Assembly: GCA_044224875.1 (NCBI GenBank)
Contig: JBGAJQ010000011.1
Span: 1-64,000 of the forward strand
Direction: 5' to 3'
DNA: 64,000 nucleotides
Origin: Gemmatimonadaceae bacterium
GTDB taxonomy: Bacteria; Gemmatimonadota; Gemmatimonadetes; Gemmatimonadales; Gemmatimonadaceae
The number at the start of each line of letters is the position of its first letter. Position 1 is the stretch's first letter. Of the stretch, positions 52,711-62,305 are shown one piece after another. Made by a program: the position numbers and the translations under genes. The notes beneath the pieces are model-generated. The model was not told where the DNA came from, searched no databases, and saw nothing but the letters and a program-made list of their open reading frames with translations.

Positions 52711-53976
52711 CTATAGGCCATTCACCTGTGCGCGGCGCCGCTCAAGATAGCGACGCAACCGTGCGTCCGTCGTGAGCGAGGTCGCGCGCGTGAACGCGTC
52801 GTTCGCTTCGCCCAAGCGCCCCGCCTCGGCGAGCAAGTGCGCGCGCGACGCCCACGCAGGCTGGAACCGATTGATTGCCTCCATGTCAATCGCATCCAAC
52901 GCCTGCAATCCGGCCTCCGCCCCGTCGACCCTTCCCACGGCCACGGCATGAGCCACCAGCGCACCTAGAGTCGGTGCGAACGAGAGCAGCGCGCCATGAA
53001 GCGTGCGAAGCGCCACCCAGTCGGTCACGCCAGAATGCGCACGAGCGCAATGGACCGATTGTATCGCGGCCTCGACCTGAAATCGGCCCGCCTGATGAAG
53101 TGTGTTCGCTTGTTGCAGGTAACGCTCGCCACGGGAGATGAGCGCCGCATCCCACCGCGTCGTGTCCTGCTCCTCGAGTGGGACGAACTCCGCGTCGGTG
53201 CCGTGCGCCTCGCGACGAGCGAGGGAAAGTGAGATCATCGCGGCGAGTCCAAGCACTTCGGGCTCACGCGGCAAGAGGTCGGCAAGCAACGTCGTCAAAC
53301 TGTACGCCTCGGCCGCCAGTGATTCACGGCGCTCCGTGCCCGCAACGAGGAAGTCGATCGCGTATGCGCCATAGATCGCCTCGAGGACCGGCGTTAGGCG
53401 TGCTGCCATCTGGTCGCGTTCCGGGATGGCAAACGGAATGCGCGCGTCCCGAATGCGATGCTTCGCACGCACCAGACGCTGGGCCATTGTCGACGTTGGG
53501 ATGACGAAGGCCCGCCCGATCTGCGCGGCATCGAAACCGAGCACCGTCTGCAGCATGAGCGGTGTATGCACCGCGGCGTCGATGGCCGGGTGCGCACACA
53601 CAAAGAGCAGCGCGAGTCTTCGATCCGGGATCGCATCGTCATCGTCCAGTTGCAACGTCGCGGTCCGATTCCCGTGAACGACTTCGTCGAAGGGATCCGC
53701 CAAGCGATGCGCTGCCGACCGCTCACGGTCGCGTCGCTGATTGCGTGCAACCGTCAGCAGCCACGCTTCCGGATTGTCCGGCACGCCCGACGTCGGCCAC
53801 GTGGACAGGGCCCTGGCAAACGCATCGGCGAGACAATCCTCAGCAAACTCGATGTCTCCGTCCTTCGCGGCCAGGATGGCGAGCAGGCGGCAGTACGACA
53901 GGCGGGCCACCTGCTCTGCGCGCAGCGCCACCTCCGACTCGCGAATGGGTGGATGAACGTTTTCGTCGTTCGTCAA
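52711..53976 (-). CDS. ECF sigma factor with DUF6596/TPR extension (ECF42-type)
   Basis: AEDCLADAF, GVPDNPEAWL, IPDRRLALLFVCAHPA, MAQRLVRAK, VPLEEQD, TDW. Confidence 0.92.
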   Translation of the reverse strand: MTNDENVHPPIRESEVALRAEQVARLSYCRLLAILAAKDGDIEFAEDCLADAFARALSTWPTSGVPDNPEAWLLTVARNQRRDRERSAAHRLADPFDEVVHGNRTATLQLDDDDAIPDRRLALLFVCAHPAIDAAVHTPLMLQTVLGFDAAQIGRAFVIPTSTMAQRLVRAKHRIRDARIPFAIPERDQMAARLTPVLEAIYGAYAIDFLVAGTERRESLAAEAYSLTTLLADLLPREPEVLGLAAMISLSLARREAHGTDAEFVPLEEQDTTRWDAALISRGERYLQQANTLHQAGRFQVEAAIQSVHCARAHSGVTDWVALRTLHGALLSFAPTLGALVAHAVAVGRVDGAEAGLQALDAIDMEAINRFQPAWASRAHLLAEAGRLGEANDAFTRATSLTTDARLRRYLERRRAQVNGL

Positions 53977-53994
53977 TGCGGCGCCCGATTGAGA

Positions 53995-54372
53995 TCAGTT
54001 CGCGTTGACCCACGCACCCTTGACGAAGCTCTTGGCGGCGGGGCGAATTTCCACCGTGCCCCAGTGTGCTGCCGGACATCGCTCCGCCCACGCTAACGCC
54101 GAGTCGAGATCGGGAACATCCAGCATGAAGATGCCGGCGAACGCTTCTTTGGTGTCGGCGAACGGACCATCCTGCACCTGTAGTGTTCCCTTCTTCATCG
54201 TAACACTCGTGGCATTCTGGATCGTCTGTAGCACCTCCGCGGAGCGCAGGACCCCTGCGTCTTCAAGGGCCTTCGCATATGCCTGAAATGCGGCCATGCC
54301 CGCCTTAATCTCCTCTTCGGAGATGTTCATGACAGCGGGCTGCGGATAGTGAAGGAGCAATGCGTATTTCAT
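53995..54372 (-). CDS. YciI family (DGPF) protein
   Basis: MKYALL, QDGPFADTKE, VPDLDSALAWAERCP, VEIRP. Confidence 0.92.
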   Translation of the reverse strand: MKYALLLHYPQPAVMNISEEEIKAGMAAFQAYAKALEDAGVLRSAEVLQTIQNATSVTMKKGTLQVQDGPFADTKEAFAGIFMLDVPDLDSALAWAERCPAAHWGTVEIRPAAKSFVKGAWVNAN

Positions 54373-54418
54373 GTTGGAAGTCCTCATTTTGTTGGATGAC
54401 GATCGCGGACATCCGAAT

Positions 54419-54445
54419 GACGGACGAGCGACGTCCGAATCGACA
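54419..54445 (-). promoter_or_regulatory. Putative ECF42-type promoter
   Basis: TGTCGA-N17-CGTC on the minus strand, 46 bp upstream of yciI. Confidence 0.6.
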
Positions 54446-54783
54446 GGGTGCGAACCCAAGACGTGTCGCCCAAACCAACTCAACGGTCGGGAATATCCGC
54501 TGTCCGGTCCGCCTGTCGCGAGGAAGGGGCCCGTCAGCTTCACAGGGACTGCACAGCGTGCCCGGGAAGCGCCCGGCCCTTCGGCCTTGCGCCGGCGCGA
54601 TTTCACTTTATACTGCAAAGTACATCCGACCACGGGTGTTTTCCCAGCGGCCGTGTCGGCGATCCCGTCGCCCGGTGCCAGGATTGTTGACTCTCGACAG
54701 CCCAATGCGACGCGAGTGAGAATCGTCTCTTGCATCACGCCAAACGTTCGATCAGACGCACCCTGCGACACAAGGAGTAGGTC

Positions 54784-55269
54784 GTGAAGCGATTGCTGAG
54801 ACGCCTGCGTGGCGTCGTGGGGATGGGGCTGCTGTGGGCGGCGGGAATGGCGGGGGTCGGCGGGGTGATCGAGTTGTTGGCCAACGTCTTGCCCGGTGGC
54901 TTTCCAATGGCCGCCGCTGTCGACATGTGGCCGCAGACCTTGGCGATCATTGGATTCATCGGCGGCACGCTGTTCGCCGTCGTCCTGGGAATCGCTGAGG
55001 GTCGGCGACGATTCGACGAACTGTCGCTGCCGCGCTTTACTGCGTGGGGGGCGGTGGCGGGCTTGCTTCTGGGTCTTCGCCCTGTGCTGCTCGGAGCGCC
55101 CGTCTTTTTTCTTGGCGTCACCACACTTGGCAGCGCGTTTGCCGCGGCCTGCTCCCTCGCACTCGCCAGACGCGCCGATGATCGCGAGCTACTTGCCGCG
55201 CATGCCGACGTAGAACAGGTCGGATTGACTGACGCCGAAGCACGTCAGTTACTCGGACCGCGGAAGTAA
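54784..55269 (+). CDS. Hypothetical membrane protein (about 4 TM)
   Basis: RBS AAGGAG; LRRLRG start, RRRFDELSLPRFTAWGA loop between hydrophobic helices. Confidence 0.75.
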   Translation: MKRLLRRLRGVVGMGLLWAAGMAGVGGVIELLANVLPGGFPMAAAVDMWPQTLAIIGFIGGTLFAVVLGIAEGRRRFDELSLPRFTAWGAVAGLLLGLRPVLLGAPVFFLGVTTLGSAFAAACSLALARRADDRELLAAHADVEQVGLTDAEARQLLGPRK

Positions 55270-55288
55270 CACGGTCGCTCGTTGCCAC

Positions 55289-57205
55289 GTGACGCTCCCC
55301 ACCACCGAATTCCTCGAACTGCAAGCGGCGCTCGCTGGCGAGTACTCACTCCAGCGTGAGCTCGGTCGTGGTGGCATGGGCGTCGTGTATCTGGCACGCG
55401 ACGTACAGCTCGATCGTGACGTCGCGATCAAGGTGCTGCCGGGCCACCTCGCGAGCATGCCGTCCGCGCGCGAGCGCTTTCTCCGCGAGGCACGCATGGC
55501 GGCGGGCCTTTCGCATCCTCACATCGTCCCGATCCATCGCGTCAGCGAACAAGCCGGTTTCGTGTTCTTCGTCATGAGCTATATCGACGGAGAAACACTC
55601 GGCGAGCGACTTCGAACTCACGGCCCGCTCCCCGCTGCCGATGCGACGCGTGTGCTGCGCGAGGTCGCATGGGCGCTCGCGTACGCGCATGGTCGCGGCA
55701 TTGTGCATCGAGACGTAAAGCCGGACAACATCTTGTTGGAGGCGGGCTCTGGTCGAGCGCTCGTCACCGACTTCGGCATCGCGCATAACGGTGACGACGT
55801 CACGTCCACGACTGACCCGGGGAAGGTGATGGGAACGGCTCATTTCATGAGCCCCGAACAAGCGGCGGGTGAGACCATCGACGGGCGCAGCGACATCTAT
55901 GCGCTTGGGGTGGTCGGGTACCTCGCCGTCAGCGGCCAGTTCCCGTTCGACTCAGCCACATCGGGAACGCGCCTGTTGCAGCCGTCGGCTGGCACCACAC
56001 CGAACGTCATGCGCGTCGCTCCGGGACTCCCAACGGCCCTCGCAGAGACGATCAATCAATGCCTCGCGTACGAGCCGGCTGATCGCTTTGCGGACGGGGA
56101 GGCGCTGGCGGGGGCCTTGGCGCCAGCGCTCGATGTGCGCCCGGCGCTACCGACGACCCTGCGTGCGTGGCTCGCCGCGCGAAATCCGTTGATTGTTCCG
56201 TACATGGCGTGGTCGGGTGGCTTTGGCGCACTGACGCTCGTGAATCTCGTAGTCTGGTTGGCCGGTCAGCGTCCGGCAGGTCCCGCGGACATCGTGCTCC
56301 TCGGCGCCATCACTGCGGCGCCGCTTGTCCCGGTGGTCGGCTTTCACGTCAATCAGGCACTGCGGCAATTCCGTGCGGGCCACACCCTCGTCGAGCTCCG
56401 AGCGGCGATGGAGGTCGAACGCAGGGAGCGTGCGGAAACTGAGGCCGTTGTCGAAAGAGCCGTTGAGCCGAAAGCGCACCGTGTGCTTCGAATGGCGACC
56501 ATCGCCGCGGCAAGTTGGCTCGCCACGTCCTTTGTGTTGCTGGTGTCGGGTCTCGCGCACGAACGGGACCATAGCATGTTGCTCATCATAGGGCCGGGAC
56601 TCAGCACGTTGGCGCTGGGCGCCGCGAGCAATGCGCTCGACGTCCAGTTCATCCCCACACGGCTCAAAAAGTGGTGGCAGACAGGGATTCGCAATCGGCT
56701 ATGGAGCGGGCGGTTGGGTGAGTGGCTCGCGCGACGACTTGGGGCACCTGAACGGTCGACGTTGACCGCGTCCGCGTTTCGGGCGACGGAGGTCGCGCTC
56801 GGCGTTGCCGCGTCGGAGCTCTTTGCTTCGTTGCCCACGACGTACCAGGAACAGCTGGCGGAGCTGCCGTCTGTCGTTGCAACGCTGGAGGCGCGGGCAG
56901 CGGAGGCACGCGCCGAGTTGGAGCTGTCGGCACTCGGCCCATCGGGGCCTGACGATGCGCCCGTGGTGGCGGTACGACGGAAGGAAGCCGCCGCGCGCCT
57001 GGCCCAGACGGTGGCTGCGTTGGAGAGCATTCGACTGGACCTCCTGCGCCTCCGCGCGGGCGCCGTTGACCTGGCGCCGATCACGACGTTGATGGATGCG
57101 GCCCGTGCGATCGGCGATGACGTGAGTCGACTTGCCGAGGCGCAGAAGGAAGTTGAAGCGGCAACGCGACGGCCCGGGAGCGCCAGCACCTCCACGCCCG
57201 CGTAG
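55289..57205 (+). CDS. Hanks-type Ser/Thr protein kinase with C-terminal TM helices and coiled coil
   Basis: GRGGMGVVY, VAIK, HRDVKPDN, DFG, FMSPEQ, SDIYALG. Confidence 0.95.
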   Translation: MTLPTTEFLELQAALAGEYSLQRELGRGGMGVVYLARDVQLDRDVAIKVLPGHLASMPSARERFLREARMAAGLSHPHIVPIHRVSEQAGFVFFVMSYIDGETLGERLRTHGPLPAADATRVLREVAWALAYAHGRGIVHRDVKPDNILLEAGSGRALVTDFGIAHNGDDVTSTTDPGKVMGTAHFMSPEQAAGETIDGRSDIYALGVVGYLAVSGQFPFDSATSGTRLLQPSAGTTPNVMRVAPGLPTALAETINQCLAYEPADRFADGEALAGALAPALDVRPALPTTLRAWLAARNPLIVPYMAWSGGFGALTLVNLVVWLAGQRPAGPADIVLLGAITAAPLVPVVGFHVNQALRQFRAGHTLVELRAAMEVERRERAETEAVVERAVEPKAHRVLRMATIAAASWLATSFVLLVSGLAHERDHSMLLIIGPGLSTLALGAASNALDVQFIPTRLKKWWQTGIRNRLWSGRLGEWLARRLGAPERSTLTASAFRATEVALGVAASELFASLPTTYQEQLAELPSVVATLEARAAEARAELELSALGPSGPDDAPVVAVRRKEAAARLAQTVAALESIRLDLLRLRAGAVDLAPITTLMDAARAIGDDVSRLAEAQKEVEAATRRPGSASTSTPA

Positions 57206-57338
57206 CATATTCGGACGGCCTAACGCGGACACGTGCGACTGCCGTGACGCGAGGGCACTTGCGCCGCATGCAGTCGATGGATATTAATTCTGCATCCGCT
57301 ATGCAGCTTACTGCAGACGACTCAACTCCGGAGGAACC

Positions 57339-57950
57339 GTGAGGATCCGAACTGCGGTCGCGATGTCACTCATCCTGGCTGGCGTGGTTCACGCGACGGG
57401 CGCGCAGGCGCAGGGCGCGACGAAATCACGAACGAAGGGGTTCTTTCTCGGCGCTGGGTTGGAAGGCGCTTCGCAGTCGGTCGAAGACAGCAACACCGAA
57501 TCGGGAGCTGGTGCGGGTCTCACGCTTGGGTACGGATTCAACAAGACATGGGCCCTGTTCGTGAACGCGGGCGGCGCCTCCATCGATTCCGACGAAATCG
57601 GAAGCTACACACTGGGCCACGGCGACCTTGGGGTACGCGTTTCCTTCCGGTCCGGCCCGAATCAGGTCGTGCCCTACATTGTTGGAGCTGTCAGCGGACG
57701 CACGGCGAAGGTCGACTTCGTTGACGACCTGGGTGACTCGCACAGTGCCGATGTCAACGGAACCGGATTCACGCTTGGAGCCGGCTTGAACGTCTTCTTC
57801 AATCCGTCGGTGGCGCTCGATCTCCACTACCTATATACGGGCGGTGCGTACGACGAGGTCAAGTTCAATAACGTGACCATCTCCGGCCTCGACGCCAAAG
57901 CGCAAACGGGCCGGTTCCGGATCGGGGTGAACTGGTTCGTTGGCAAGTAG
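57339..57950 (+). CDS. Outer-membrane beta-barrel protein (8-strand type)
   Basis: RBS GGAGG; signal peptide AQA; amphipathic strands; C-terminal RIGVNWF. Confidence 0.85.
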   Translation: MRIRTAVAMSLILAGVVHATGAQAQGATKSRTKGFFLGAGLEGASQSVEDSNTESGAGAGLTLGYGFNKTWALFVNAGGASIDSDEIGSYTLGHGDLGVRVSFRSGPNQVVPYIVGAVSGRTAKVDFVDDLGDSHSADVNGTGFTLGAGLNVFFNPSVALDLHYLYTGGAYDEVKFNNVTISGLDAKAQTGRFRIGVNWFVGK

Positions 57951-58135
57951 GTGCAGCTGCCGGCGTAGGCGATCGCGTGCACACGTGCCTCATGCCGAGA
58001 ATGGTGGCGCGGTACCATGACCATGTCCGCGCAAGGCACTATGACGCGTCGCCACCTCGCGAGCTAGGCGCCGTACTCCAGTGATTGCCGACGACGCATC
58101 GCAGGACCCTGTCCAGCATGCGCGAAGAATCGACC

Positions 58136-60409
58136 TCACTCCGGGGATGGGGGCCCGAGTGCGATCACGTCGGCCAGTCGCCGACCAACCACATGTGAGA
58201 GCTGGATGGCGTATAGCGGCGACATGTGACTCTGGTCGCGGTAGGCGATGGTGCTGCCGATGATCACCGGGCACTGACCCCGCGCGCAAAACCACTGGGA
58301 CGTCGAGAGAAAGTACGCGCCACGCATCTCGACCAACTGTCTGACCTTTCCCAATGCCGTGGTCAGCGCGGTGTCGACAGCGGTCGAACAACCGGCGACG
58401 GTCGATCCGGCCGCCGTAAGGCAGTCCGCGGGCGGTTGATCCTGATACGGTATGTCTTCGAACACGACGGTCCGTGCGCTGAGCGGCACCAGCGCGTGCA
58501 GTTGCGCCTCTAGCCCAGCGTACACGCCTTGGGAGCCACCACCATAGCCGCTCTGCAGCGATCGGCTGTAGAACTCTGAAAGAACGATCACATCTGGATG
58601 CAACGTCTTGAGTTGCTCGACTGCCCATGCGAACCACTCCACACACGGAGCACGCGCCCCCCCGACGACTCCGGTGCCCCACGCGACGCCAGCCGCGGTA
58701 CACCCCTCCTTGAACATCGGCACGATGTCCCAACGATGGCCTCCCGCTACCCGCAACAGTGCGGGCATCCACATCTTGGCGTGAGAATCGCCGAACACAA
58801 CGATCGTTTGCGTGGGATTGTCCGCACCCAGATGGCAGATGCTCGATGAGGTTCGGCGATGCGCGGTTGCCCCGCACTTCCTTGGCACGAAATCGTTCAT
58901 CCGCAGGTCAAAGAGTGGCGGCATCAATCCGTTAGGCACCAGGCCAGCAAGCCGCTCCGGATCGGCGCTCGCTGTCACGACGGCCATTGCGGGATCCGCC
59001 TCCCCTTCCCCCGCGGGTTCCGCGCCCGATCGGGTCTGGACGTCGCGCGAACTGTCGCCACTCCACACGAACGGCGGGCTCACCCGCGCGTTCTGGTGAA
59101 AGCGGGCCACCAAGGCGCCCTTCACGGTTCGTGTGCCGGTCACCGCCACGATGAGCCCTGCCGCGATGGCCACTGGCCACACGGCGAGTGCAGCAGACGG
59201 CCGCGCCAGCCATCGCCCGTGATGCAACGGGTACTCGTAGTACTTGTACGTGACGACGCTGATCGCAAACGCCACCGTCAGCCACGCGAGACTGGCAGCG
59301 ACCGAGAGTGGCGTCCCCGCGTGTTGCGCCGCGATCGTCAACACGGGCCAGTGCCACAGATAGAAGGAGTACGACGCATCCCCAACCACGGTGAGTGGAG
59401 TTCTCTCAAGGAGTCGGCCGGCACCCCATGGATGTCCGCCCCCAATCCCTCCCATCACGATCAACGCCGCTCCCAACACGGGCAACGCCGCCGCAAACCC
59501 GGGGAAAGGCGTTGCGCCAGTGAAGGTCATGACGCTCACTCCAATCGCGGCCATTCCTGCCCAACTCGCCATCGCGCGAATGCGCGTGGGGATGCGCCCG
59601 AGCCATGCGCTCGCGATGGCGACCAGACTCCCGACTCCCAGCTCCCAGCTTCGGGTGAACGTGGAGAAGTACGCCATCTCGTGATTGTGAGCGGTGCTGC
59701 GCAGGCTCCATGCGAACGACAGCAGGACGAGCACGCCCACCACAAGACCCAGGCGCCTAACGAGCCATTCCGAGGACGCAGTATCCGCCTGCGGCGACTC
59801 GTTCTCACCTCGGTCGCGCCAGCCGCGGGCTCGACGTCGCAATACGTACAGGAGGCCGAGAACGATCGCTGGCCACACGAGGTAGAACTGCTCTTCCACG
59901 GCGAGCGACCAATAGTGCTGGAACGGCGACGCCGGCCGCGACCCGTCAAAGTAGTCCACTCGTAGCCGCGCGAAGTATACGTTGGCCGAGAAGAAGGTGG
60001 CCCAGATCGAGTCCCGATAGGCGCCGAGCGCTCTCACCGGGTTCAAGAACGCCGACGCGGCCAGCACCGTGAGCACGGTATTCAGTGTGGCCAACGGGAG
60101 GATGCGTCGCGCGCGGCCTGCGTAGAACTCCCGGAACGGCATGCGCTCGGCGCCCAATCCGCGACGGACGAGCCACCCCGTGATGAGAAATCCCGATATC
60201 ACGAAGAACACGTCGACGCCAACGTATCCGCCCTTCATACCAGGGACCTTCGCATGGCTGAGGGCGACGACGAGGACGGCAATCGCACGGAGTCCCTGAA
60301 TGTCACGCCGGTGACCGGAAACGCGCGTCGGCGTTTCCACGTCGCGCGCATTACTGGGCGCGTCGGCGCCAAGTACGCCTTGAGTAACTGGAGTTGCAAG
60401 TTGCACCAT
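58136..60409 (-). CDS. Acyltransferase-3 plus SGNH O-acetyltransferase (OafA/OatA-like)
   Basis: DIQGLRAIAV, GVDVFFVISGFLI, HYWSLAVEEQFY, SYSFYLWHWP, FGDSHA, DQSH. Confidence 0.93.
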   Translation of the reverse strand: MVQLATPVTQGVLGADAPSNARDVETPTRVSGHRRDIQGLRAIAVLVVALSHAKVPGMKGGYVGVDVFFVISGFLITGWLVRRGLGAERMPFREFYAGRARRILPLATLNTVLTVLAASAFLNPVRALGAYRDSIWATFFSANVYFARLRVDYFDGSRPASPFQHYWSLAVEEQFYLVWPAIVLGLLYVLRRRARGWRDRGENESPQADTASSEWLVRRLGLVVGVLVLLSFAWSLRSTAHNHEMAYFSTFTRSWELGVGSLVAIASAWLGRIPTRIRAMASWAGMAAIGVSVMTFTGATPFPGFAAALPVLGAALIVMGGIGGGHPWGAGRLLERTPLTVVGDASYSFYLWHWPVLTIAAQHAGTPLSVAASLAWLTVAFAISVVTYKYYEYPLHHGRWLARPSAALAVWPVAIAAGLIVAVTGTRTVKGALVARFHQNARVSPPFVWSGDSSRDVQTRSGAEPAGEGEADPAMAVVTASADPERLAGLVPNGLMPPLFDLRMNDFVPRKCGATAHRRTSSSICHLGADNPTQTIVVFGDSHAKMWMPALLRVAGGHRWDIVPMFKEGCTAAGVAWGTGVVGGARAPCVEWFAWAVEQLKTLHPDVIVLSEFYSRSLQSGYGGGSQGVYAGLEAQLHALVPLSARTVVFEDIPYQDQPPADCLTAAGSTVAGCSTAVDTALTTALGKVRQLVEMRGAYFLSTSQWFCARGQCPVIIGSTIAYRDQSHMSPLYAIQLSHVVGRRLADVIALGPPSPE

Positions 60410-60560
60410 GACTCCGCCCCCGCTCTTCCCTGACGTGCCGCACGTGTTGCGACTGACGGACGCGCCAAGGTCGGCATGCAACCGCTGACCTGTCGAATCG
60501 GCCCGCTCGCTGGCCGCGAGCGTTGCTCGGCGGAAGCATTCGACATGCGGCGCCCATCCG

Positions 60561-60575
60561 TCAAGGGGCGTGCCA
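60561..60575 (-). promoter_or_regulatory. Putative sigma54 promoter
   Basis: TGGCACG-CCCC-TTGA on the minus strand upstream of the acyltransferase. Confidence 0.45.
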
Positions 60576-60749
60576 ACGCACAGTGTCGTTATGCTTCAGC
60601 TTGCCTAACGATCTCGACTATGCAAGATCCGGGGATCGCGCGCTGCAATCTCTTCCTTGGTACCTAACGAGCTCAGGTGCGATATCTGAGATGTCCCGCG
60701 AGCCCGGTCACACGGATGCTCCACAGGTGAATGACAACCGGAGCGCGTG

Positions 60750-61532
60750 TTACTTCAGGCCGAGCGTCCGGTTCTGCGCCAGGCGTGTGACGGCCTCTCG
60801 CAGCCGACGCTCGCGCGTCTCGGGTCTCTTGGCGAGCATGATCCACCCCACGTATTGGCGTCGATGCGATGGTGCCAAGCCGTTGAAGTACTCCCACGCC
60901 TTCCGGTTCGCTCGCAGCGCGCGAGTGATGAACGCCGGCGTGTCGCTCGACTGGCCCGAACCGTGTTCGAGGAGCGCGATCACCTCTTGCAGTCGCTTCT
61001 CGCGAGTCTCTTCCGTCCGGGCTTCCGTGATGAGTCGGAGATATGCCCGTCGCCTTGCCGGCGTCAGTGCCTGGAAATTGCGCCACGCCCTGTCATGCAG
61101 GGCCAACTTTCGCTCCATGCGCCGCGCGACCGCGTCAGTATCTGACGGCGGTGCGCTATCTACTTCTGGAGCGACGGCCGGCGCCTTGGCGAGACCCGCT
61201 TGGGTCATGCGACCTTCGTGGATCAATTTCCGTAGTCGCGTCTTGTTGAGCTCCGACCATTTGGAGTCGATGCGCCGAGGCGTGAACTTCTGGGCGTAGG
61301 TCGCATCGTCCACCCGGCGGATGATGCTGTCGATCCAGCCGAAGCAGAGGGCCTCCTCCACGGCTTCGACATATGAGACAGACGGCCGTCCAGTGTGCTT
61401 CTTGAAGAAGCGGAGCCAGATCTCCGTGCCTGACAGGTGGTGTTTCGCCAGCCATGCCCGCCACTGGCTGCGATCCGCAAAGGCGCGCATCGCCTGCGTG
61501 CTTACCACACGTTTCTTCGCACGAGCCGACAT
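60750..61532 (-). CDS. YdeI/OmpD-associated family protein with duplicated C-terminal domain
   Basis: WRAWLAKHH, AVEEALCFGWIDS, FTPRR..SKWS; two A-x-x-x-ETRE(K/R)RL repeats. Confidence 0.9.
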   Translation of the reverse strand: MSARAKKRVVSTQAMRAFADRSQWRAWLAKHHLSGTEIWLRFFKKHTGRPSVSYVEAVEEALCFGWIDSIIRRVDDATYAQKFTPRRIDSKWSELNKTRLRKLIHEGRMTQAGLAKAPAVAPEVDSAPPSDTDAVARRMERKLALHDRAWRNFQALTPARRRAYLRLITEARTEETREKRLQEVIALLEHGSGQSSDTPAFITRALRANRKAWEYFNGLAPSHRRQYVGWIMLAKRPETRERRLREAVTRLAQNRTLGLK

Positions 61533-61538
61533 CGCCAG

Positions 61539-62102
61539 CTACAATCGCACGTCGTAACGCAACTCCACCATCCCATTCTTGTAGGCTTTCGCTTCCGCCA
61601 GGTGCAGCGCGACGTCCCTGTCCAGCTTGTCGAAGAATGGAATGCCCTCACCGATCAGGACTGGGAGGATGGAGTATCGTACCTCGTCGGCCAGTCCTCG
61701 TCGAAGGCACTCGCCGGAAACCGCGCCCCCTCCCGCAAACCAAATCGTGCGATACGAGGGTCGCAACCGCTCATTGACCAAATCGGCCAGATCGCCCGCA
61801 TAGAACTCCACCGTGTCTCGCGTCCGCGGCAAGGTGCGACGTGTCAGTACGAAAGTTGGCTTATCGCCGTATGCCCATCCGAATCCCTTGGCCTCGAAGC
61901 CCAGCGCCGTCTCGTAGGTCCGTGACCCCATGACGTAACAGTCGATGGTCTTGAGGAACGCCTCCACGAAGCCCGGGTCCATCGTGGCGCCGCCGGGGAA
62001 CTCGTCCGACGTCTCGAGCCAGTCGACGCGCCCGTCTCGACGCGCGATGAATCCGTCAAGGCTCGCTGCCATGTGGATCGTTACGCGAGATGTGTGTGCC
62101 AT
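61539..62102 (-). CDS. Dihydrofolate reductase/RibD C-terminal family protein
   Basis: AASLDGFIA, MGSRTYE, IWFAGGG, PVLIGEGIPFF, GMVELRY. Confidence 0.92.
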   Translation of the reverse strand: MAHTSRVTIHMAASLDGFIARRDGRVDWLETSDEFPGGATMDPGFVEAFLKTIDCYVMGSRTYETALGFEAKGFGWAYGDKPTFVLTRRTLPRTRDTVEFYAGDLADLVNERLRPSYRTIWFAGGGAVSGECLRRGLADEVRYSILPVLIGEGIPFFDKLDRDVALHLAEAKAYKNGMVELRYDVRL

Positions 62103-62305
62103 GGCGTGCAATTTCTCGCTCGGAATGAACTCGTGCCAGCCGTTGACCATGCCGCCAGTCGAGCCATGGCGACTCGCACTCCGAAGCCGTGCGATCTCGA
62201 CGGGCGACGGCGGAGACGCGGCTGGCGGACGCGCGATATGGTCGCGTGAGCCGAAAACTCGCTGCCTTGCGCCTGAGGAGGTGGACCTCTCTCGGCGAGC
62301 TGACC

